DNA from: Camelus dromedarius | Lineage: Eukaryota | Length of the DNA: 64,000 bases | Assembly: GCF_036321535.1 (NCBI RefSeq) | Contig: NC_087465.1 | Coordinates: 620,001-684,000 of the forward strand | Direction of reading: 5' to 3' | In this document: piece after piece, positions 47,561 through 60,323 of the stretch | Layout: each line of letters opens with the position of its first letter | How positions within the stretch are numbered: the stretch's first letter is position 1 | The notes under the pieces: generated by a model | What the model was told of the DNA's origin: nothing | The model's database searches: none | The model's input: the letters and a program-made list of their open reading frames with translations, nothing else | Position numbers and translations under genes: made by a program

Positions 47561-48879
47561 TCACGGCTGTTTCCAGCTCGCTGTCCCCTCATGCCCACGC
47601 TCTCAGTACTTCTGATTTGGTGACCTCCCAATTTTAGCTGGAAGATAGACATTTCAGCCGTTGGAAATGAGTTCTTGGAGCCCAGATCGCAGTCAGATCC
47701 AAGACTTGAAGTGCTCGTAAAAATCTGAGACTCCGCAGTACCACTAAAATCCCAAATGCAGAGGAAAGCAGTCCCCGATCGGGGCACTTGCAGGGAACCC
47801 TCGTGGGCTCGGCTGCCTGGACAGTCTGTTAAGCCTTCCCTGTATTAATGCAGCTTTGGAAGAAAAGGACCGAGTTAGGTTTAATGTCACATTCAAAGCA
47901 CCACGAATATAGGAACTACACAGCCCCAGGGCCGAGATCACCGTGGAGGGGATGGAGCTGGTGGTGCCGCGCTGGCCTTGGGCAGGGCTGATGGTGCTGG
48001 TGTGAAAGGAAAATCCGTCCCATTAAGAAGCGAAGCGGAACCCTCACCAAGGAGGAGGGCGGATGCGGGTAACACAGGAGTTCGGGATAGACGCCGGGTC
48101 TCGGGGTTGGCACGTCCTGCTTCTGTGTGAAGAGACTGGAGTCAGGACGTCCAGGGAACACTCGGCGTCTCTGACTCACCCTCCCAGCTTGTCTCCTGCC
48201 GCTCCTTGAAGCTGCTGGAGCTGCCGGTGGTCCCACTGGGAGCCTCTGTGGGAGCTGCCTCCCCCCCGGAGGGCATCGCTGCCCCAGTCTTTCCTGACCG
48301 AGGAGCCCGTCCCCCGCGCCTCAGTCTGGAAGCGTTGCCTTCCGTCCTGGGGCATGAGCTCTGGTAACACCTCGTGTGGCCCCCAAACACAGACGGCCAA
48401 GGACACAGACCGGCCCCCAAGGAAGCTACCGTGACCGCCCCGCACTCCCCAGCCTCGGCCGTCCTTCCCTGGGCTCTGCCCCAGGGCCAGGCTGGGCGCA
48501 CGTCCCACAGGCAGAGGAAGACGCCTCGCCCCTGCGCACAGACCCCATGGCAGCGAGGGACTGACCGTCTGTGAAGGCAGTGTGTGGTTGTTACAATCAG
48601 GAGGGTGTAGACAGCTCAGAATTCAGAATTAATGCCCGAACCTGCTGAAAACGTTTGAGGAAAACGAAAGAGCCGTGTCTGCAGGCGTTACGTGCTGGAA
48701 GGGCGTCAGGCTGAACAGGCCTGGCAGGGACCTCTGGTCTGGGGCCACGAGGCGGAGAAACTCCCCGCCTCGAAGATGTTAGAAAATGCAGGTGGCCTGT
48801 ATGTGTGGCCAGTAGGTCACAGTCTCCTGGTCCTAGAAGGTTCCAGAAGGAGCCTGAGTTTACAGAAGCCAGAGGGGGC

Positions 48880-49260
48880 AGGAAGAGACGCAGGTGTGGC
48901 GTCGGGCGCCAGGCTGCCCTGCCGGCTCTGTGGCCTCCCCCGCGGGCCGGGTCAGTGCGGGGACGTACATCGGTGAAGCTGGAGCCCTCCGGGGACGGGA
49001 AGCCGCCAAGACTCGAGGTGGTGTCACGTCTTCCCGAGACTCCGCGGCCGGCCCCCAGCGCCGCCTCGGGGAAGTGGCACGCCGTCTTCAACCAGAGACG
49101 TGTTTCTGGGGAGCGATTTATCTAGGGTGTAACGTGCGCGGAGAGAAACCCGTGTCGAGCACGACCACGTTCCCCACAGGCTCGGTGGCCCTTCTTGCCC
49201 AGCTGGCGATGTGACGCTGAGGAGTCGGCGGCGTTTAGGGACGAGCATTACTCCGTGCTT
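48880..49260. promoter_or_regulatory. CpG-island-like region
   Basis: A hand count gives about 40 CpG in 48901-49260 at roughly 65% GC, for an obs/exp near 1. Confidence 0.55.
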
Positions 49261-51814
49261 CCCTCACTTTCCTCTCCTCTAAAAGCGAGTCCTCGAACAG
49301 ATGTTACTCGGATTTTTCCAAAATGTAAATAAAAAAGAGAGAAAGAGAGACTCATAGCATGGCAAGTTTTCAGGGGAAATACCTTGCTTTTCAGAAGAGT
49401 ATGCATGAAGCGAAACGAGACGAATGGAGCTGCGATGAGAATGTTTACGCAGGTTCAGCCGCACCCTCGCCTCCCTGCGCCACATCGTCACGCTGACCTG
49501 CCCTTTTGCAGTTTTTGCTTTTGGGATTTTGATCATCAGAAACCAGTCTGTGCTCACTGGCTTTTGACTTGAGACTCTGTTTTACATCGTATTAAAAGAT
49601 TAAAAAAAATCTCCTTTTTATCACCCTCTGCCTATTTCCATGGCTACATAAGATGTTTTTTAAAAAAGCACCAGCATTTCTGAGCATTGCACAGCACTCT
49701 GCACCGCACACCCAGGGAGCACCTACGGCTACTGCATCAGGAGGTGGCTTGAACCTTAAACGCCCTTAACACTGGCCAGTGGGTTTTAAAATCGATTAAT
49801 TCACTGAAAGCCTCAGATTTTATTTCTCAATCCTGAGCGTATGATTTTAATCTTTAGTCAAAACCGTGTTCTCCGTTGCCTGCCCGTGAACATCCTTGTG
49901 CAGCAGTGGGAGAGATGACAGCCTGTAAAAGCTTGCGAGGGAACCGGGAATCCGGGAAGACGAGGAGGGGAGGGGACGCCGGACTAGAGGGTCAGGCCGC
50001 GAAGACGCAGAGACAGTGGGGTCCAATTAAGAGGCAGGAACTCAGGACGAGTCCCTGGCCGCACTGCCCCCCCCACCCCCCGCTTTGTTGGTGTGTGGTG
50101 TGCACCCCGGGACAGTCGTAAACTGTGTGCTGGGGGCAGGTCGGGGTGGGAGGGAAGTCAAAGGAAGTGGCAGAGATACAAGAAAGGGCGGGACTAGCAC
50201 AAACGAGAAACTGCACAGAGCCAGCTTCCGATGGAGCCGGCTGCCCGGGTCTCGCTGACCTTGGCAGGACTGGAGGGGTCGTATTTTATGTGGACGGACC
50301 GCCCCAACTTCTCCTGTGTCTCGAGCCTACAAACGTTTCTCCTGGATAGGCCCTCGCTGCAGTCGTTGTATTCGCCCAAGTTTTATTGTACTAATAGGCG
50401 TTTCTTGGTGTGTTTACTGGCATACGTCTTGACGTTGTATTTTGCATCGTTCAAGAAAAGTACGTTTTTTGTTTTGGTCTGAACTTTTGGGCTCTGGTAC
50501 TGAAGCTTTCCTGACGTTCCCCAGCCCCGCGCTGTATTTTAGAAGCAGAGTGAGACAATCAGCGGAGTTTATGAGCCACGGGACGCCGTCCTCATCAACT
50601 GTCCTGATTAAACTTGGTGGAGCCTCGGTTCCATTTCATCGGTGGGCTCCTGTCGGGGAGGCCGTCCGGCGGGGGCTGCGCGTGTCTGCACCCGGCGGAC
50701 GGTGCGGGGGTCTCATTTCCCACTCTGACTGGGGGTTTCATTAATTTAGAAAAATGCACCCAGATGGAGTTAAAGATAAAGCAAGGGGGTGGGGGAAGCA
50801 CATTCCGCCCAGAATGTCTCTCCAGCAATCACGGGTGAAAGATGGGACCACTCACCAGCCTGTCGGGAACCTGGGCCCCGTCCCGCTGTGCCTCCCGGGG
50901 CCGGAGGAGCCGTCACAGAGAGGCTGCTCCCTGACCTCCGTGCGGCCTGCGCCACCAGTAAACTGTCCAAGACGCAACAGCTGTTTTGGGTGAGCTCGGA
51001 ACTCTGCTTTTAAAATCTGTAAGATCTTTGCGTTAGGACGAGAATTAGGAAAGATTTGTTGAGCTGCAAGTAAGAGGAAACTCTGGCCATAAAGAAACGC
51101 ACGGTCTCACGGAAGAGAAGGCCAGAAATGAGGCCGGGTCCGGACGGGCTGGTGCAGTGGCTCTGGGGCGTCTCGAGGACCGGTTGTGTCTCATTCTTCC
51201 TCCGCCATCTGTGGTGGCCTCGTTCTCAGGCCCTGAGAACACGATGGTTACAGCTCCTCCACGGACCACGTCCACACCCAGCCCGCGAAGGTGGGAAGTG
51301 GGCCGTTCGTGGCGGAGTCTCCTTCTGAGCCTGGAACCCGACCACGTGGTACCAGCGATGACTGAGGAGACGGAGTGTGGCATCTCTGGGAGCCTGGTGC
51401 GGGCTGACCTCACGGACCGGCACGGCCACGCTGGGAGCCGGCCTCACTGCCCTGGGAGGGGAGGCTCGGAGCTGGGTTCCGGGAGGTGGAGCTCCTGGCC
51501 CAGCCGCTCCCTGATGGGGCGGGAGGTCTGAGTGGACACCAGTCCTGCCCTGGAGGCACGCCCTCTGGACGCTGCAGAGGACATCGTCCGTCTCAGTTTG
51601 CCTGCACGTGCAGACTCTGTTTCTTCCAGCTCGTGCCTCTTCCCTTTGAGGCTGATCTTGACACAGGAATAAGACGCAGACTCCAGGAGACCTGCCCTCC
51701 GAACCGCCTGTCTCACGGCGGACAGAGGCGAGGGTCACCGGGAACGCCAGAGCGGTGCCTCCGGGGCCAGCCGGCCGCTCCCACGGCAGGGCTGTGTCGG
51801 ACTGTGCGACCTCA

Positions 51815-51858
51815 CCACCGGTTAGGACGACCGCGCCACCGGTTAGGACGACCGCGCC
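51815..51858. repeat. Perfect 21-bp tandem duplication
   Basis: ccaccggttaggacgaccgcg occurs twice, followed by cc. Confidence 0.95.
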
Positions 51859-54254
51859 CTGTGCAGACACCCCCAGGCCTGGCCCTGCTGGTTTGCACGC
51901 GTAAGGGTGACTTGTTTTGACGATAAGTAATGAGTGAGTACCTAGGACGAAGTGGGTGGGCCCCCAGGACTGCGGCTGGAGGGGAGGCCAGGGGACCGTG
52001 CCTCTGGGGCACAGGCTCCCCATAAACCTGGCCAGGCCCCTCACAGACTCCTTCTGGGGCTGTGGGCACTGTGCCCTTGGGAGCCCTCAGTGGCCCGGGG
52101 CGCGGCCCTCCAGCTGTGCTTGGAGCAGGGACAGGGAACGGCGGCTCGCCTGGCCACACCTGTCGGCTGGGCACGTGCCCACAGTGGGAATTCGGTACCT
52201 CCCTGACATTTTTGGGAGAAGTAAGGAACTTTCTCCCTGTCGTAAGTCCGCTTTTCCCTGCACGACCCGCTTGTACTTATGGAATTGGCTGTCCCTTCAC
52301 CAGTGGCGTGGGTTGCACCGGGTGGGACCTCTCCGGGCTGGCTGGCCTCCCTGGGAGCCCGAGGGCGAGGAACAGCAGCTCCGCAGTACCCACACTTCAT
52401 GGCCCGTGCCGCGAGGCCTCAGGTCCACCATGTGCACCATCAACACGGCTAACGAGTTCACGGCATTGTCCGCCTGCAGCCCCATCACTGAGAAGCTTGA
52501 CGCCTCTGTCCCCGGGCTGCAGACAGGCTCCCAGTTCCCTCCCACTGTGAAACCAGTAGCTCCTCCCTTTGGTCTGAACGCGCAGAGAACATGCGTCCCA
52601 GTTCCTGTAACGGAAGGTGAGACGGGGGCCCGTTCGTAGGACTGGGGTCTGATTCCAGGGCAAGTGACGCCTGAGCAAGGGTCCTGACTCTGAGCCTCCC
52701 CTCCAGCCTGAAGCACACACACTGCAGGCTAAACGGTGCACCGGAGCCCGGCGCCAGGGTGCCCGAGGGTCACAGCGGCTCATGGCGTTGCCCGTGGAGT
52801 GGGAGCGGTGGCCTCCCTCGATGGACTTCGCTCGATGACGGTGGTTTTTAAGTGGGACTAACAAAAAGCACGTGTGGGCACTTAAACTACGGCCAAACGT
52901 GGAATTAACAGCCTTCCCAGGAAAACAACAGACACCGCAAATGTAAGGAGACGGTGTTGACGGAGCCAGAACAGGTGAGAGAAAACATACGCTAATGCCT
53001 CAGTGGCAACACGGGTGGCGCTGGGACACGCCCACCAACGCGAACCACTGATTCTTCCCCTAGAACAGCCCTCGCCGCTCAAGCTCATCTTCCTCAAGTT
53101 CAGCTGGAGCCGGGGGTCTGCGAGCCCAGGGGAGGAGCCAGGAGCTGTGTGGCCGGGCAGATGGGGTCCTCTGTCTGAGGCTGAGGCTGGCCCAGCTGCC
53201 CCCGGGGTGGGAGGTTCGCGCCTTCCAGATGGAGGCCCCCCGCGGGAGCAGCCCCTCCCCAGGCTGGTCTTTATTGTGGCGAGAACCGATAACCTGAGAT
53301 CTTCCCTCTTCACAAACTCTGAGTGCACAGATGGCCTCTCCGACGAAGGCCACAGCGACACCCGCCCGCCGTCCAGGGCCCGCGTCCGGCTGCAGCTGGG
53401 CCCCCGGTCCTGACGGCGGCCACATGGTGCTCTGGGCCCCTGGAGCCTGGGGCCACGTCTCCATGGAGGCCTGGGGAGACCCAGGCCCCGTCCTGCGTGG
53501 CCGCAGGGCCTGCTTCTGCTCTGCTGGGTCCTTTGTGGAGACAGAGAGACAGACGGAGGAGATGCTGAGGAGACCTGTTGCTGGGGGACCAGGGCCCGCA
53601 GTGCCGGTGGGGCTGGGGTGGAGCTCTTCTGGGCACATGGGGCAGCGGTGTCCCCCCTCCTGGCCCCGCGGCCCCGCACCCGGGCTCCCGCTGTGCGGTG
53701 GGGCAGGAGTGGAGGCCGGGCTGACAGTCAAGCCGATGTGATGGTTGTTAGTATTTGGACTCATTTACTTTTTCACTGTGTGTGTTTCTTTGCTTAAATT
53801 ACGTGCTCTCAGAGCCTCCTTGAGTTCTGCAGTTTCCTCAGGTTCCTGGATTGTCTTCCCCGTCTCCGAGCGGGAGACAGAGCAAAGCCCTGGAGCCGGG
53901 ACACCCTCACCAGGTGGGATTCTCCGCGGCTGCAGGGGGCCTCCTGCGGGACACACCCCCCACCGCCCAGCCCGCGGGCGGGCCGGGGGTCCCAGCCCAG
54001 TTCACAGGGGTCCGGGGTGGAGGAGGACTGCGCCTCCCTCGGGATGGGGGCAGGTTCTACTTGCCACTTGAAGAAAGACTGAGGACCGTTCCCTGCGACT
54101 TTTCTGGGAGATACCCTGTCTGTGCTGGTGGAAGTGGAAAGAGAAGCCAGAGGAAGCAGGATGGAGGAGGAGGGGTGGGGAAACTGTCCAGAGGCGCGTT
54201 TCCACAGGGAAGCCCCTTCCCGGTCCAGCAGGTTGCTTGTTAAAGAGACAGACA

Positions 54255-54305
54255 GGTGTGTGCGTGTGCATGTGTGTGCACCTGTGCCTGCGTATGTGTG
54301 TGCAC
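54255..54305. repeat. TG-rich low-complexity tract
   Basis: gtgtgtgcgtgtgcatgtgtgtgcacctgtgcctgcgtatgtgtgtgcac. Confidence 0.75.
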
Positions 54306-55323
54306 AGGACACAAAGAAACGGAAGCCTTGAAGGCCCTGCTTCCGGGAAACCTCCTCGCTCTGGCTGATGCGGAGAGAAAACAGAAAACAGCCCCTGATC
54401 ACCTCTCCATGGGGATTTCTAGCTCCTGGCGTCTGAGCAGTAGTCACGCACCCAGCTTTCAGCCTTTGAACCGCCTGCAGCCCTTTGTGCTGCCCTGGCT
54501 GTTAGGGCGGGAGGGAGGAATGCGGGCAGGCTGGTGCCTGCTCCGGCCTCAGGTCTGAGCAGGGAGGACCACACCAGCCGGCTCGTGCCCCGTCCTTTCC
54601 CGGTGGCGGCGGCAAGAGGTTGGACGGGTTTCTGGGTACATCTTGTTCTCCAGTCAAATGAATGGTTTCCTTTCAGCCTGGAAGGTTTGCAGCAAGTTCC
54701 CGGCACCAGCTCCATGTGAGGCTCCTTTGGCCCCGTCTGTCCTGTCCCTTCGCCTCCTGGCGGCTCTGCCTGGTCCCTGGGGGCGGCGGGGGAGGGGTCT
54801 CCAAGGCATCACAGCCCCTCCCCCCCCACCGCCACTCTGCTCAGCTCTGGTGTCCTGGGACAGCAGGTGTGCCTGGCAGGAGCTGCAGTTGATTTTGAAG
54901 TGTCCCGTGGCCAGGCCTGCAGGCAAATGGCCAGGAGATGCTATCTTTAAAACAGCTGGTGTTGTCTCTGCCGTGGGGGAACTCATGGCGGCATTTGGAT
55001 AATTAAGCCTTTGCAGTAGAGCCCAGCAGAAGCACCACTGCTGCATTAAACAAACGAACTTATCATCACATACACATTTCAAAACCCATTTCATCCCAGA
55101 ACCTGCAGTGTCTGGGAAGCTCTTAGGCTGGCGACTTCCCTGGGTCCTGGATGGGGTCCCCAGGGGAAGGGTCAGCGTCGGGGAGGCTCTGTGCTCACAC
55201 AGCCCTCAGCCCTTCTGTGTGGCTGCACGTGGTGTGCTCCTCCCGCGAAGCCGTGGCATCTGGGCCAGCGCTGCGATCTTGTCCTCAGCCATCGCCTGCG
55301 CAGACTCTGGGCTGAGCTCTGAC

Positions 55324-55420
55324 CTCTCTGTGCCTCAGTCTCCTCACCATTAATCACCACCTCTGGGCTGGTTGTAAAGATCAAATGAAGACACAGGTAT
55401 AAAAGTGATTTGCAAAGTAT
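55324..55420 (+). mobile_element. MIR fragment
   Basis: ctctgtgcctcagtctcctca...ggttgtaaagatcaaatga matches the MIR core ctctgtgcctcagtttcctca...gttgtgaggattaaatga. Confidence 0.6.
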
Positions 55421-57995
55421 GACAATGCCACACATGTCATAACAGTTCCGCGGTGTCCGGGGTCGGGCACAGACGCCGCGGAACCAGCCCTGCTGGCCGT
55501 TTGGCTCTCAGTTGGTGGACACTTTTGGGAAGTGGGTTTTGTGTCCGCGTGGTGGGAGAGCCCTAAGGAGGGGCAGCCCAGTGACTTGGGATTCAGACTC
55601 CCCAGATCAGTGGCCAGTGAGTTCTCTGCCCCTGCACCGCGGATCCCCTGTGCCCTGCACGGCGCGTGCCTGTCGGGGCTTGAGTCCGAGCACGTCTGGG
55701 GCAGTGTGAGCCCCAGCCCCTCAAGTCCCTTCAATCTGCAATCCTGCGAATCGGTGGTCAGACAGAGACAGCATCATGGATTCAAAGGATGAGAAGCAAA
55801 CTCCTGCGGCCGCCCTTGTGTTCAGTTTTGGTGTTTGTGGGAGAGTCTAGGGTGGGGGATGTGTGGTGGAAATCGTGTTTGATGTCCACCTTCGAGGGTG
55901 GCTAGTCTCTTGGTCGACTCGGAAAGGTGGATGGACTCAGAGGAGGGGTCACTGGGCGCTGACGTGAATCCCACCCTGGGAGGCGCCTGGGACACCCCGT
56001 TGCTTTGCCGTGTGCTGTGTGCCCGGCAGAACCTGTGACAGGCAGGCGTGGTGACTGTCACTGCAGGACAAGCCAGATCAACTTGAGACGGACAGAAGTC
56101 TTCGAGGAGCGGTGGTCACGCTGCCTGTGGCTGGAAGTGGGTGGAAGTGAGTGGAGAAGAGACTGGCCCCTCCACTTGGAGTTTCAAGTCTGTAGAGAAG
56201 GACCCAAGTGGGTCTGGTTTTCTTTCGATCTTAGCGACCCTCTGGGCTGCTCTGACTTCTTCCCAAGGGTGCAGACACCTTTCTGTCCCGCAGGCCCCTT
56301 GGCTTTTCAGATGCTGCCCCGGCTGCTTCTAGAAGCTTCACACAACGTAAGAGATGAGCTGATGGTCACTCACTGGACTGGGCCCCTTGGGGAGCTCGAC
56401 TCTGCAGACACACCTGGCGGGGACTCGCACTGAGACGGGCCGAGGACAGTGACGAGGCGATGGGAGGGTGTTCCCACGTCGTCCCCTGGGGACCGGCAGA
56501 GAGGTTCCCGAGACACCAGGGAGAAGTGAGTCTGGGGCGTGAGGAGTGGGGACAGGAGTGACCCAGACAGGAAGAGGGCCCGCAGCTCGAGGAGGAGAGA
56601 AGACCGCGAGCCAAGGCAGGCTGATAATTTGGGAGAAAAGGAGGGATTCAGGCCTGAGCGGCGCGGAGGAGGGAGTAAGGGCTGAGGGGCAGAAACGGAG
56701 GCGGCCGTGCTCAGAGTTCAAGCAGTCGGGACCGAGATTCTGGAGGGGGGTGTGTCCCGTGGCGGCCAGGTCTGTGGGCGACCTCTTGCCGAGGAGGTGA
56801 CATCAGGGCGGCGAGGCGGGTGTGGAAGGACCGTCTTTGGGAACACGAGGGCAGAAACCTACCCTGGGGCGTCTGGGGGTGAGAGACCCTGCAGCCCATG
56901 AATCTGAGACGGCTTCCCGCAGCAGCCGTCACGCTGATGGGGATTGTCACCCTCCAGGCGAGGCCTAGAGGTGAGTCACGGTCCCCCCCGGTGACCTCGG
57001 CTGGCTCAAGGACTGCAAAGCTGAGCGGAGTCCTGGGCAGGGCTCGGGTGGCGGCGAGAGCTGATGAGAAGGGAGACTGGACGCTGGTCGGAGCCCCGCA
57101 GCCTCTCAGAAGCAGCGGATGGCCAGAACCTTCTCGCTAGCACAGACGGCCCATTTCTAAGAACATGACAGATACCTGCTTCGAAAGGAAGCCTTTTCTT
57201 GGACTGTGTAACTTTTACCGTTTAATTTCTCACCTTGTTGAGCTGCACATTCACCGCATTTAAAAGCCGAGATTTTGCGGCCAGCAGTGTGCTAAACACC
57301 TGTGAGTTCTGAAGCCCTCAGAGTTAAAACTCTGCCCGGGGCCTGCAGATGGCTCGGGTCACCGTCTGGGCAGAGCCCTGCGGTCACCGACCTCTAGGGT
57401 CTCATCTGAGGAATCGGAAAACGCCTGACATTCAATTTTTAAGTCTCACCTCAGTGTTGGTTTCTTACCAGATTATCGCAGCTTGTGCAGCCTTTTCGGC
57501 CGAATAACCTTTGTTTAACTCAAACCAGACTTCCTCTGCACTCCGATGGAGTCCATTTACTTTTGTTCCATTTTGGAGATACTGCCCAGTAATGAGCTTA
57601 CACTGTGGGCGTCAAGTAAACGCACTGAGTCAGCTCGTCTCCTCGGGGCAGAGACATACTCATCCTGCACCCTTCCCTGGCACGCAGTGTCCCCGGGTAC
57701 CTGCTTCTTGTCTCTGAGGGGCCATTTGCAGTTTTGTTTGGTGACCAGAAGGAACAGGTCACCACTGACGCCGAGACATGCTGGGTGGGATGAAGACACG
57801 GACCCCTGCCCCGATCGTGGGCAGCACATTGTAGGCTGGCGGGCTGCCCGGGACCCTGGAGAGCTGACCCGGACCCTCAGCTTCTGCCGCTGAGCACGCA
57901 GTGGGGGCCCGCCCGCTCTCTCAGGAACCAGCTTTAGCCTGATCATGCAGACTCACACTGGAAGAGGCTTTCCAGCAGCACAGCCTGGGTTCAGC

Positions 57996-58028
57996 CATTG
58001 ACTCATTCAGCAAGTATTTATGAAGTGC
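57996..58028 (-). mobile_element. L2 3' tail fragment
   Basis: cattgactcattcagcaagtatttatgaagtgc resembles the antisense L2 tail cattcattcattcaacaaatatttattgagcac. Confidence 0.45.
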
Positions 58029-58190
58029 AGGCTGGAGAGGGCGAGGCTGAGTAAGGCAGGCGGGATCTGTGGTCCATGGATTTGCAAGGAGAACATCGAA
58101 CACATAAACAGAAGACTTAAAAGCAGAGCAGTAGCTGGGTGATGGGGCTGGCCAGCTGGCCGCACAGCTGTCCCAGGCCCCGTCCTCCCT

Positions 58191-58846
58191 AAAGATCCCT
58201 GGGCCCGGTGTGGCCCTGGACCCGTCGGCCCCTGGACGAGCCAACAGGACCTGGAGGCGGCTGGAGGCTCTGGGATGCTCGGAGAGCCACCGTGCCCAGG
58301 GAGGGACAAAGGTGGACGGAAGAGGACGCCAGTGTGGAGGCCAGGAGGCCAGGGCTGAGTTGGGGCCACGGACTCCATGTCCAGCTGGGCCTCTGAAGAG
58401 GGGAGCCGGGGCCCGGGCCCACCACCCCTCCCCTCCCTGCTCGGCTCAGCCTCTCCCACCACACCCCACCTCGGGGGCTGCTGCCTGCGCCAGCGAAGCC
58501 GCCAGAACTGTGGGCCCCACCAAAGTGCACCCACCCTCTGCCTCCCCCTCCCCCGGCTGTGCTCCTGCGGGCGCACAGGGCAGCCGCCCAGCTATTCAGA
58601 GAGACGCGTGGCCCTGCAGACTCGGGGCATGTCCCGACTGCACCTGCAGGTCCTCCCCCGGGGCCGCGGGCACTGGCTGCGCTGCACCTGCCGTGGGCGC
58701 GCCTTCCTCTGGGCCACATACCTGGTGCCGGGCGTGCAGGCCCCGGCCTGCTCCACATCCTGCCCTGCCTGTGCGCGTCTGCCCCCCGCAGCCAGGCCGG
58801 GACTCTGCCCGAGGGTTTCCTACAGCGACAGGAAGACAGAGGGGCA
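58191..58846 (+). repeat. Local direct duplication, copy 1
   Basis: Aligns by eye to 62588-63246, from aaagatccctgggcccggtg to cctacagcga, with weaker homology continuing to ggggca. Confidence 0.97.
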
Positions 58847-60289
58847 CCCACCTGCTGCCTGTCCCTCCTGCTCAGCCCCCCTCGGACCTTGCCTTCACCT
58901 GACTGTCACTTGTCAACCCCTTTGCTTATTATGGTTTCTCAAGAAGCAGTCGTGGGGTCAAATGCGGGTGCACCAGCGAGCTTGGAAGGGGAGATGCTTG
59001 TCAGGGAAGTGGGGTTTTCTGAGGTTAGATGGCTCTTCGGAGGAGATGGCCAGCTGTCCTTTCCCATCGGAACCAGCACATAAGCTTTTTGTAAAACCAA
59101 GTGCTATTTGCTACTGGAAATTTGAACATTTTAGCAATTTTTTCAAGCTCTAAGAGACGGGTGGATTTGCTCAGAGTGACCAGGAGGAGGTGAGAGAAAC
59201 GGCGTAGATGGTGGGAGCAGTGTGCGGGGACAAGGGGTGCAGGCCCTCTCCCCACCCGGGCCCCCGAACCTGCTCTGAGCTCCGCCCACCGTCTGCCTCG
59301 CTGGCCCGGATCTGACTGCCTGGTTTTCCGTCAGCTGCTTCTGTGAGCTGTCACTCAGTCATGGAGCATCGGGAAGGCGTTCTGTGAGTGACGGAGCACA
59401 GGCCACCGCTGCAGGGCCTCACGTGCTCAGAGCTTCTCCACCAGCGGGAGGCTGCAATCTTGCTTCTTGCTTTATTGGAATTTTTTCTCGTAGGCATCTG
59501 CATTTCCTTCAGACTCTGTTTTGTGTGGGACGGTGGGACGCTGGACCCTGTCAGGGGATTCGCCGCTGGGGCCGTCGGGGGTGTGGTGGAACAGACGGCC
59601 CGCATTCCACTTGCGAGTGTGTGTGTGTGTGGCTGGACCACCTGACGGGGCAGCGTGGGCAGGCCGGGCAGGAGGCGGCGGAGGCAGACAGGAGGCCGCG
59701 TGTCCTGGGGGAGGAGTGTGCTCGGAGGGATTAAACCGCGCCAGGAAGGCACAGCCAGCTGCACGTTCCTGGGGCTGTCTGGCTCCCAGAGGTGCGGCCA
59801 GCATGGGGACGTAGGGGGCGGGGGACCACTGGGGCGTCTCCAGAGGCATCTCCATGCAGGCGTCCACGTCTGCGGTTGCACGTGTGGGCAGAGCGCCTCG
59901 CCCCCCACTCCCCAGGGCGGCGGTCTGTCAGACCTTCTTCCTCGCTGGGTCTTGACAAATCCTTTCTCCCGCAGTGAGGACCGTTTCCTTTAAAAAGCGT
60001 CCGTAGCTGTGGGTGAGGTGAGGTTAATGCCTGGGGGAATGTCCTGCCTGTTTTTTTGGTCACTGTTCTTCTAAGACTCCACGCCACCGAACCAAACCTC
60101 AGTTTTCAATCCTTCTGATCAAACCTGTGACTTTGTTCGCAGACTGTGCGGTGTTGCTGATCCCCGCCAAGCTCGGCTGGTGTCCAGCGCAAGAGCGGAG
60201 CTCCCCAGGCCTCGGCGTGGCTGTGGCCGGGGAAGGAGGGCTCCGTCCAGCGTGGCCGCTCCAGGGCTCTGCGTCCTCAGCCGACGCTC

Positions 60290-60323
60290 CCGGCCCTAGG
60301 TGCCTCCGGCCCTAGGTGCCTCC
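60290..60323. repeat. Perfect 16-bp tandem duplication
   Basis: ccggccctaggtgcct occurs twice, followed by cc. Confidence 0.93.

Noticed and set aside
5400-48200. Series of strong minus-strand donors suggesting one multi-exon gene
   Set aside because: Several AG|GTRAG matches per strand are expected by chance in 64 kb, and they could not be chained into a coherent recognisable ORF.
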